DNA of 55,357 nt from a virus (Duplodnaviria; Caudoviricetes): positions 1-55,357 of IMG/VR virus record IMGVR_UViG_3300030110_000758, one strand, 5' to 3'. The translations under genes and the position numbers were made by a program. Positions 38,767 through 45,925 of this stretch are shown here, in pieces. The notes below the pieces were generated by a model. That model saw nothing but the letters and a program-made list of their open reading frames with translations, was not told the DNA's origin and searched no databases. Positions within the stretch are counted from its first letter, which is position 1; each line of letters begins with the position of its first letter.

Positions 38767-38795
38767 ATAATAGCATGTGTTAAGTTATATGTCAA
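38767..38795 (-). promoter_or_regulatory. sigma70-like promoter (sRNA / structural arm)
   Basis: TTGACA-N17-TATTAT with extended -10 TG. Confidence 0.65.
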
Positions 38796-38908
38796 TAGTT
38801 AATTTATATTTATTTATATTATTAATAGTTTAACTATAAGTTGTACTATCCTATGTCCAATTTCTTATATTTTAACTATAAAGTTTAACTTAGCTGCTAC
38901 TGCTACGC

Positions 38909-38937
38909 AGTTATACATAAAAAAACACCTCTGTCAA
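38909..38937 (-). promoter_or_regulatory. Promoter at the head of the structural arm
   Basis: TTGACA-N16-TATAACT, with the same ATGTATAACTG as the MCP promoter. Confidence 0.7.
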
Positions 38938-39269
38938 GTAGTGACGTTACGTAACTTTACTAATGTTTCTTTAATAATTTACCTTTATAGATAAACACCA
39001 GTATCTGTATACAATATATAGTGTTCTAAAAGTAAAAACCCCGTGTGTTGCAGTGTGTGTATACATATACGCTATACCCCCAGGTGGCCCTCGCCTGACC
39101 CTATGCTGCCCCAATGTCTATTTGCGGCATTTCATAGAGCAAAAACGACACAATAAAACTATAAACAGATACTAAACAAAGTTTTACGCTGCCAAACTAT
39201 TGTTTTTATTACGTTTTATTACAGATAAGGTATCTGTACACGTAGGCTATATAGGAATAATGCGTATTT

Positions 39270-39297
39270 TTGACCAAGTAGTCAGCTTTTCTATAGT
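39270..39297 (+). promoter_or_regulatory. Candidate early promoter upstream of the LexA boxes
   Basis: TTGACC-N16-TATAGT. Confidence 0.5.
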
Positions 39298-39311
39298 GGA
39301 TGCACAACTTA

Positions 39312-39366
39312 GAACGAACCAGGAACAAACGCAGCTTTTAGAACAACACGAGAACATTACAAGTAC
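39312..39366 (+). promoter_or_regulatory. Alphaproteobacterial LexA (SOS) boxes
   Basis: GAAC-N7-GAAC at 39312-39326 and 39341-39355; overlapping GAAC-N7-GTAC at 39352-39366. Confidence 0.7.
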
Positions 39367-39555
39367 ATCCCCCTGCCATGTTGCACAGATATACCCCAAG
39401 CTTTTTTTGCCATTATAATGTATTATCCTTTTGGGCTGATTCGTTTCCAATAGTATAGTTTTTTCTTTCTTTGGTAAAACATCAGCAATCTTACCTCAAA
39501 AGTTTTTTTAAATGTCTTTTATTTCCAATGCTTTATGAGAAAGTTATTTTTTTTC

Positions 39556-39585
39556 TTGCAATCTGTTTTTGCTTATGTCTTAACT
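39556..39585 (+). promoter_or_regulatory. Candidate early promoter
   Basis: TTGCAA-N17-CTTAACT with TG and a T-rich UP region. Confidence 0.45.
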
Positions 39586-39613
39586 TATGGAAAGCAAAAC
39601 GAAAGGAAAACCA

Positions 39614-39820
39614 ATGTTTGACAATGAAATGAGAAAAAATCTAATTAGGTCTCTTATCCGTACCTACTATCAATTTGAGCTTAACGAAGAGCACCACGAG
39701 CCAACTTTTCAAACATATGAAAGACTAGAATTTGAAATGCGTAGATTAATGACGGAAGACGAGTATCAGATATTCTTTGATTGCAATGAATTTCAAGGTG
39801 AGCACTACGCTTTTATTTAA
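39614..39820 (+). CDS. Early hypothetical protein (acidic)
   Basis: AAAGGA SD before ATG 39614 (MFDNEMRKN). Confidence 0.7.
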   Translation: MFDNEMRKNLIRSLIRTYYQFELNEEHHEPTFQTYERLEFEMRRLMTEDEYQIFFDCNEFQGEHYAFI

Positions 39821-39824
39821 TAAC

Positions 39825-39874
39825 TTGACTCTCTCTTCTAGGTGTGCAACGGTACACCTATGACGGAGAGTCAA
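39825..39874 (+). promoter_or_regulatory. RNase III-type processing hairpin
   Basis: 10-bp lower stem, 4x4 internal loop, 9-bp upper stem, AACG tetraloop; no U tract. Confidence 0.5.
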
Positions 39875-39998
39875 ACGCAAAGAGTAGCCCTAGTGCCTCG
39901 ATCCTTTGCTTTGACCGTTACAAGCTCGCAGGTGTGATCTAGTCCTGCATTGGTAAGGTGAGACATATGAGCCACTAAACCACAGACTAAAATAAAAC

Positions 39999-40027
39999 TT
40001 GACTACAGAACGACTAAATGCAAGACT
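39999..40027 (+). promoter_or_regulatory. Candidate early promoter
   Basis: TTGACT-N16-CAAGACT after an A-rich UP element. Confidence 0.4.
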
Positions 40028-40032
40028 GAATA

Positions 40033-40342
40033 CAGAACGAAACAAGCCCTAGAGTAAAGGGAAAGAAAACATAAAAGTATCGTATAGCCAAGCTATTGCA
40101 GAACATCGTGATACAGCTTGGATGCGTTCCAACCTAACGGATTGAGCTTTGTGTAATTTTTCCTAGAACGGTTCTACTCTCGCTGACTAAATGATCCGCT
40201 TAAAGAACGGACTATTGAAGAAACCCGATAGGCGCATTGCGTCTTTGAGCAAGGGTGGATAGCAAATAATTGTTGATGCGATAACGTCAAGCTCAACTCA
40301 AGAACGGTAAAATACATCAGTCCGTCTACAGGATGTCTGTGG
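40033..40342 (+). ncRNA. Candidate structured non-coding RNA / long leader
   Basis: No ORF of 60 aa or more; nested helices CCAAGCT/AGCTTGG, CGGATT/GATCCG, ACGGACT/AGTCCGT, AGGCGC/GCGTCT, TTGAGC/GCTCAA, TTGATG/CGTCAA. Confidence 0.45.
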
Positions 40343-40434
40343 ATGTCTTTTGTTTGGACACAGCCAAGATAACTGCGGCCAACCGCAGCTTATGCTTGAC
40401 ATATGGTTTTGGCTGTGTCTTACTGAATACATCT
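40341..40434 (+). promoter_or_regulatory. Long branched hairpin, RNase III-type site before gene 40453
   Basis: 14-bp stem 40356-40369/40407-40420, lower stem GGATGT/ACATCT, inner CTGCGG/CCGCAG. Confidence 0.5.
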
Positions 40435-40452
40435 AATATGGAGTGAGACACA

Positions 40453-40614
40453 ATGACACTATATACACTACCCCATAAATTCACCGTACATCGTTCTAAA
40501 ATAGATGGAACTAGCTTTGTTCTAATGTGTAACGGTAATTTTGTTTCTTGTGCAGAAACGCTAGATGATATTTTTATCGCCTATGGTAATCAATTGAAAT
40601 ATGCAAAAGGGTAA
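40453..40614 (+). CDS. Early hypothetical protein, 53 aa (not in ORF track)
   Basis: GGAG SD; MTLYTLPHKF...LKYAKG. Confidence 0.65.
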   Translation: MTLYTLPHKFTVHRSKIDGTSFVLMCNGNFVSCAETLDDIFIAYGNQLKYAKG

Positions 40615-40620
40615 GACACA

Positions 40621-41286
40621 ATGGCTTGGACTGTAAAAGCTTCAGTAGAGGAAGCTGGTAAGATATCTCAAGGCAATTCAAAGATGCCAGGCTCTACGTT
40701 TGCTACAGATGCGTTTGCTTGCAAGGTAGGCTCAAAGCTTGCTAAGATTGAGGGTAGTGTATGCAACAAGTGCTACGCTCGTAAGCTTCAAAAGTTACGC
40801 CCTAGTGTAAACCAAGGTTGGACTAAGAACTATCTCAAAGCTACCAAGCTGATTGCAGATAATCCTCAACGTTGGGCTAGTGCCGCAGCTTTTCAGATAT
40901 CGCGCATAGCTGACAAATCTCAGGAGTTCTATCACAGATGGTTTGATAGTGGCGATCTTGACAGTGTAGATATGCTACGTGCTATCGTGCTGGCTGTAGA
41001 GTTGACGCCACATATTAAGCATTGGCTACCTACTCGTGAAGCTAAGATTGTCCAACAATATCGCAAGAAGTATGGCAACGAGCCAAGCAATCTAATTATC
41101 CGTGTGAGTGCTACCATGATAGGTGACAAGCCTATTCGTGGACACGCTAACACGTCAACTGTACACGTCAAGAATACTGACCACTATGGCTATGCTTGCC
41201 CAGCGCCAAAGCAAGATAATAATTGTGGATCGTGTCGTGCTTGCTGGTCACATGACGTACCAAATGTCAGCTACACAAAACATTAA
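40621..41286 (+). CDS. GP88-family protein (putative Fe-S, radical-SAM-like)
   Basis: NSKMPG, C-x13-CxxCYA, RWFDSGD, HWLPTRE, NLIIRVS, CP-x7-CxxCxxCW. Confidence 0.75.
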   Translation: MAWTVKASVEEAGKISQGNSKMPGSTFATDAFACKVGSKLAKIEGSVCNKCYARKLQKLRPSVNQGWTKNYLKATKLIADNPQRWASAAAFQISRIADKSQEFYHRWFDSGDLDSVDMLRAIVLAVELTPHIKHWLPTREAKIVQQYRKKYGNEPSNLIIRVSATMIGDKPIRGHANTSTVHVKNTDHYGYACPAPKQDNNCGSCRACWSHDVPNVSYTKH

Positions 41287-41288
41287 GC

Positions 41289-41318
41289 TTGACACCTAAA
41301 CTAAACTATGATCTAACT
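41289..41318 (+). promoter_or_regulatory. Early promoter
   Basis: TTGACA-N17-TCTAACT with TG. Confidence 0.55.
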
Positions 41319-41346
41319 ATATCGAACACATAAAGGAGATACAACC

Positions 41347-41574
41347 ATGTTCGTACTATTCGCTACTAAGCCTCTTAACGATGGCACAAAAGGCTTTCGC
41401 TTCAACTTCGCAGGTGTCAAGGGTTTGACACGTAAGCGTAAAACCTTAAGCCGTGGCTTCAAGGTCAACACTACCAAGTGTATGACTGGTGTACACTTTG
41501 GCAAGCGTACCATCTACATTGAGCGTAAGCTTAACCGTAAAACAGAGCGTAAGCTTTGCCACTTTGCAGGGTAA
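41347..41574 (+). CDS. Small basic early protein
   Basis: AAGGAG SD; 75 aa. Confidence 0.75.
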   Translation: MFVLFATKPLNDGTKGFRFNFAGVKGLTRKRKTLSRGFKVNTTKCMTGVHFGKRTIYIERKLNRKTERKLCHFAG

Positions 41575-41600
41575 CATTTAGGATATATGGAGACACAGCA

Positions 41601-41978
41601 ATGAAGTTTGACAAACCAACAGCCCGCAAGATTCGTGAAGCCATGCAGGAAGCGTTAGAAAACGCAGGAATACATGGTGTATCTATTAACGTAGGTAACT
41701 GCTCATTCACTGATGGGGAAGCTACCTACAAAGTTAAAGTATTGATTGATGGAGCTAAATCTAGAGATGAGCAAGCCCTTGAACAGATGGCTACACTCAT
41801 GGGATTTGACACAAGTAAGATTGCTACACTGCAAGGCATGATGGTGTCACTTGTAAGCTACAACTCTAGAGCACGTAAGCGTCCTTGGGTAGTACAGGAT
41901 TTAACAACCACACAGAAGTATATTATTGATGATGACACAGCCAAGCGTTTGTTTGGCACAGTAGCAGAGGTATCATAA
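41601..41978 (+). CDS. Early hypothetical protein
   Basis: GGAG SD before ATG 41601; YNSRARKRPW. Confidence 0.75.
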   Translation: MKFDKPTARKIREAMQEALENAGIHGVSINVGNCSFTDGEATYKVKVLIDGAKSRDEQALEQMATLMGFDTSKIATLQGMMVSLVSYNSRARKRPWVVQDLTTTQKYIIDDDTAKRLFGTVAEVS

Positions 41979-41980
41979 CT

Positions 41981-42907
41981 ATGAATGTACTATCACTATT
42001 TGACGGTATGTCATGTGGACAGCTTGCCCTTGAAAGGGCAGGCATCCCAGTAGATAATTATTTCGCAGCGGAGATTGACAAGTATGCAATCAAGGTAGCT
42101 ACAGCTAATTTTCCTGGTACTATTCAGCTTGGTGATGTTACTGCTATAGATCCAGACAAGCTACCCAATATAGATCTACTTATTGGTGGCTCACCGTGTC
42201 AGGGCTTTAGTTTTGCTGGTAAGCAACTTAACTTTGACGATCCACGTAGCAAGTTATTCTGGGAATATGTGCGGCTACTCAAGGCACTCAAGCCTAAGTA
42301 CTTCTTGCTAGAGAACGTGCGTATGAAACAAGAAAGCATGGACGTTATCACAAAAGCGCTGGGCGTAGAGCCTATCTTTATCAATAGCAGTCGTGTCTCT
42401 GCACAAAACAGACAGAGGTATTACTGGACAAATATACCTATGTATGCCTTCCCAGAAGATAAAGGTATTGTATTGTCTGACATACTAGAAAATGGACATG
42501 TTGACCGTGACAAATCACACTGCATTGATGCTAATTACTTCAAGGGCGGCAACCTAAAATCATACTTTGAGAAGCACCGTAGACAGCTAGTGTTTAGTAA
42601 GGATGGCATGTGTCATGTAGGTGACGCAGGTATCAGTGACAAGTATGCATATGTCAACCGTGTGTATCATCCATCAGGTAAAGGCCCATCACTTGTAGCG
42701 TCAGATGGTGGACACCTACAACCTAAAGTATCTAAAGGTACTACTGAGTACAGGAAGCTGACACCTCTAGAGTGTGAGCGTTTACAGACAGTACCTGATG
42801 GCTACACCGACCACGTATCTAATACGCAGCGGTACAAAATGCTTGGCAATGGATGGACAGTTGACGTAGTGTCACATATATTTGGAGGACTAACACAATG
42901 CACATAG
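41981..42907 (+). CDS. DNA cytosine-5 methyltransferase (orphan)
   Basis: LSLFDG, GSPCQGFS, LENV, QNRQR, LTPLECERLQ, LGNGW. Confidence 0.93.
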   Translation: MNVLSLFDGMSCGQLALERAGIPVDNYFAAEIDKYAIKVATANFPGTIQLGDVTAIDPDKLPNIDLLIGGSPCQGFSFAGKQLNFDDPRSKLFWEYVRLLKALKPKYFLLENVRMKQESMDVITKALGVEPIFINSSRVSAQNRQRYYWTNIPMYAFPEDKGIVLSDILENGHVDRDKSHCIDANYFKGGNLKSYFEKHRRQLVFSKDGMCHVGDAGISDKYAYVNRVYHPSGKGPSLVASDGGHLQPKVSKGTTEYRKLTPLECERLQTVPDGYTDHVSNTQRYKMLGNGWTVDVVSHIFGGLTQCT

Positions 42908-43098
42908 CTATATGGAAACAGATGTCAGATGACAAAGAACATCTGTCAATGGTAACTTTCAAAGATAGCAAAGATCTGAGAGAGAGACTATTCTCAGGTG
43001 AGCTACCTAATTTACCTGACAATATTATAGTCACGAACTCTGATGGTTTGGTTATCAGAGAATACGTGATCGGTCTAGAGGAGATAGATATACAATGA
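42898..43098 (+). CDS. Hypothetical protein
   Basis: GGAGG SD; 66 aa. Confidence 0.65.
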   Translation: MHIAIWKQMSDDKEHLSMVTFKDSKDLRERLFSGELPNLPDNIIVTNSDGLVIREYVIGLEEIDIQ

Positions 43099-43430
43099 AA
43101 CTTACAATCAATACAAAAGCTTTTCCTGATGTACCAGTAGAGCACCTCAAAGAAATGCTTGGCATATTGCCTCATTGGGTAGGCGAGTACATCATTTACG
43201 GTACAGACATGGACATCGTAGGTTTTATGACTGAGCGCTATGGCTTTGGTAGCTTGTATCAATTCAAGGGTGACGTACAGTCGGATGGTACATACAGCTA
43301 TCCAGAGGATCCTGACCTGCCATACATAGGTAAGATGAATACACCCAACGGCTACGTGTACTTCTATAAGTACGCTATGCTTGCACTACCCTTGCCTGAT
43401 GGTGAGTACTTCGTAACGAGGATGGACTAA
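43095..43430 (+). CDS. Hypothetical phage protein
   Basis: YGFG..YPEDPDL..ends VTRMD. Confidence 0.8.
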   Translation: MKLTINTKAFPDVPVEHLKEMLGILPHWVGEYIIYGTDMDIVGFMTERYGFGSLYQFKGDVQSDGTYSYPEDPDLPYIGKMNTPNGYVYFYKYAMLALPLPDGEYFVTRMD

Positions 43431-43434
43431 GACT

Positions 43435-43614
43435 ATGCTACTAGTTCTGTCCTCTCCTATATTGGCTTACTTCCTGATGTTATTCAGTGTTGTTATCCTT
43501 ACTCATATAGGAATAGATAGAAAGGATATTGACGCAGCTACACTTACTGCGATATACTTTCAGTGTATATTAATAGTACAACTAATAAGAGCAATTAAGA
43601 AAGGAATAACCTAA
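43435..43614 (+). CDS. Two-TM membrane peptide, 59 aa (not in ORF track)
   Basis: MLLVLSSPILAYFLMLFSVVIL..; TAATG overlap downstream. Confidence 0.55.
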   Translation: MLLVLSSPILAYFLMLFSVVILTHIGIDRKDIDAATLTAIYFQCILIVQLIRAIKKGIT

Positions 43615-43919
43615 TGAATATCGAAGACCAAACAGTAGAAGTAAAAGTATGGGATCACAATGACGCAGTTATCTTTGTGTATGAAAGTACACACGAAAAG
43701 ACAGATGAATTACACGAGGGTGTACCTGTTTGGAAGGGCTATAAAAAAGTTCTTACTGCCATACCTGTAAACTTTTCTTACGGTTCTTTATCTAAAAATG
43801 AACAGCTAGATAAGGTATGCAGAGTAGCTGATGCATTGAGTGAATTGTACTCTGATGATGATTTAAATGAAATAGGCGTGTCTTACTACATCAACCATGA
43901 TCAGTCTGTAAACGGCTAA
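43614..43919 (+). CDS. Hypothetical acidic protein
   Basis: AAGGA SD; 101 aa. Confidence 0.75.
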   Translation: MNIEDQTVEVKVWDHNDAVIFVYESTHEKTDELHEGVPVWKGYKKVLTAIPVNFSYGSLSKNEQLDKVCRVADALSELYSDDDLNEIGVSYYINHDQSVNG

Positions 43920-43936
43920 TATAGGAGACTAAACTA

Positions 43937-44110
43937 ATGACATATAATGATTTACTTATCCCTATCAATGACTACTACAATGATCTGCAGCGGGAGATTG
44001 ATGACGCAGATTGGCTAGGTGATTTAGCTACTGCTGATGCTATGCGTGAAGACATACAGCACGTTAAGCAACTGATTGACAATGGCGAAATGTATTACCC
44101 GCTATGGTAG
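43937..44110 (+). CDS. Small acidic protein, 57 aa (not in ORF track)
   Basis: AGGAG SD; MTYNDLLIP..GEMYYPLW. Confidence 0.75.
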   Translation: MTYNDLLIPINDYYNDLQREIDDADWLGDLATADAMREDIQHVKQLIDNGEMYYPLW

Positions 44111-44196
44111 CTGGATCACAAATAATCTTACCTTTCTTGATAGCTTATGTAGGTGGCTTCATATACTTATACTTGAAAGGTAGTGACGAGGAATAA
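44104..44196 (+). CDS. 30-aa single-TM peptide (not in ORF track)
   Basis: MVAGSQIILPFLIAYVGGFIYLYLKGSDEE; fills the gap between two genes. Confidence 0.5.
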   Translation: MVAGSQIILPFLIAYVGGFIYLYLKGSDEE

Positions 44197-44199
44197 CTT

Positions 44200-44409
44200 A
44201 TGGCCTTGTATATTAAAAGAGTTCTTATCGCCTTCTCAGTATTAGTTAACGTAATACTTGGTGGCACGAACAATCAAACGTTTAGCGCTAGGAATTGGCA
44301 ATGGAAAAGAGAGCATAAGCCTAACTTGGTTTGGCTGCTTGATTTAGTTATAGGGAAAGGACACTGTTCAGAATGTTGGGTTTACTGGAAGACACGCAGG
44401 AGATGGTAA
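44200..44409 (+). CDS. Hypothetical protein
   Basis: NVILGG..QTFSAR..GHC; GAGG SD. Confidence 0.75.
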   Translation: MALYIKRVLIAFSVLVNVILGGTNNQTFSARNWQWKREHKPNLVWLLDLVIGKGHCSECWVYWKTRRRW

Positions 44410-45293
44410 AAGCTAAGACAGTACAACAGCTAGTGTATGCATACTTAAAATCAGATGCGTTCCGCAAGCTAGGCAGAGCATCGAAGATAGACTACTCTGA
44501 TTGCTTAAATATAATAGAAGATGAATTAGGACATATCAGTATCAAATCAGGTTTGACTGTACCTACCATGCAGAAACACTACAACATTTGGCTAGAACGT
44601 GGAGTGCATCGTGCAAACAAGATAGCTGCGATCATGTCTATACTTATTAATTGGTCTACGAAGAATAACTTACGTGTCTTCAACCCTATGAAGTACCTAG
44701 ACAAGACACCTAACCCTGCACGTAAAGTTATATGGGAGCCAAGCCAGGTTAAGATATTCTTGGATACAGCGTACAGCCAGTGGAAGTGGAGATCCGTAGG
44801 CTTGATTGTGCAGATGGCTTACGAGTGGGGTCAGCGTGTAGGTGATATGCGTATGCTGTTGTGGAACGCTATAGATTTAGACAAAGGACGCTGTGATTTC
44901 GAGCAAAGCAAACGAGGTGAGGCAGTGCATTTGCCTATCAGTGATGGCTTGATGCACGTACTGAGACAGCAACACGAAACGTTTAGCTTTCAAGTATTGG
45001 TAGCACCACAGATACAGCCTAGTGATGGAGCGTACAAGCCGTACACTAAGGAGGGTCTTCACGTACACGTCAATGCAATACTCAAGGAAGCTGGACTACC
45101 AAGCCACCTGACAGCTATGGATATGCGCCGTACAGCTATCACTGAGATGGTTGAAGCTGGTGTAGATATAACACAGATCAAACAAGTTAGTGGACACACT
45201 AGCATAAATAGCTTGACTCCGTATATCAAACACACGTATACTGGAGCATCAGAAGCATTAGCCCAGCGCAATGCGTACAAGGATAAAGAGTGA
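44403..45293 (+). CDS. int: Tyrosine recombinase / integrase
   Basis: GQRVGD (R), QSKRG (K), MDMRRT (HxxR variant), SGH, PY; AGGAG SD at ATG 44403. Confidence 0.85.
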   Translation: MVKAKTVQQLVYAYLKSDAFRKLGRASKIDYSDCLNIIEDELGHISIKSGLTVPTMQKHYNIWLERGVHRANKIAAIMSILINWSTKNNLRVFNPMKYLDKTPNPARKVIWEPSQVKIFLDTAYSQWKWRSVGLIVQMAYEWGQRVGDMRMLLWNAIDLDKGRCDFEQSKRGEAVHLPISDGLMHVLRQQHETFSFQVLVAPQIQPSDGAYKPYTKEGLHVHVNAILKEAGLPSHLTAMDMRRTAITEMVEAGVDITQIKQVSGHTSINSLTPYIKHTYTGASEALAQRNAYKDKE

Positions 45294-45925
45294 TGAAATC
45301 TTGTAAAACATGCGGTAAAGATACTGATGAATTATATAAACATCATATAATCCCTATAGCTAATGGAGGTAAAGACAAAAAAGAAAACATTATAGATATA
45401 TGTGTAGATTGTCATAGCATAGCACATGATGTAAGTTTTAAAAGTTCTAAAGGTCCAATTAGAAATGGAATTAAAAAAACAAAAGATGCACATGCTTACT
45501 TCTGTAATCTTGACGATAATTTTTGGTTAGGTTTTTTTGATGATTTAAATTTTGAAAATAACTATCTATATTGTTTTATATGGGGAGGTTTTATGTGTGG
45601 TGAAATATCTGGATCAGATTTGATACGTATGTTAGAAGATAATTTTAAAAAAAGAAAGAACATAATAAACATAAGTGATAAAACCATAAGAGACATTAAA
45701 AGTATATATGAATATCGTAAAGAAGTAGATGCATTTAAAGATAAATTAAAGCAGGAAAAATCTAAAGAAAACTACCCGTCAAATAGAGTATCTAAAGTAG
45801 ACAATAAAAAAATTAAAGAGTTGCTAGATCAGGGTCTAAACAAAGCAGAGGTAGCAAGAACTCTTAACATAAGTAGGATGACGGTTTATAGAGCAATTAA
45901 TATTAAGGATAACAGTGATGGATAA
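45290..45925 (+). CDS. HNH endonuclease with C-terminal resolvase-type HTH
   Basis: CxxC..HHIIP..GG..N..CxxCH; C-terminal GLNKAEVARTLNISRMTVYRA; visibly AT-rich. Confidence 0.8.
   Translation: MMKSCKTCGKDTDELYKHHIIPIANGGKDKKENIIDICVDCHSIAHDVSFKSSKGPIRNGIKKTKDAHAYFCNLDDNFWLGFFDDLNFENNYLYCFIWGGFMCGEISGSDLIRMLEDNFKKRKNIINISDKTIRDIKSIYEYRKEVDAFKDKLKQEKSKENYPSNRVSKVDNKKIKELLDQGLNKAEVARTLNISRMTVYRAINIKDNSDG

Noticed and set aside
39200-39450. ORF-track calls 39200-39418 (+) and 39247-39450 (-)
   Set aside because: TTG starts without SD, atypical composition, and overlap with promoter and LexA boxes
41981-42907. Methyltransferase as half of a restriction-modification system
   Set aside because: No adjacent restriction endonuclease; the target site cannot be inferred without k-mer counts or methylome data
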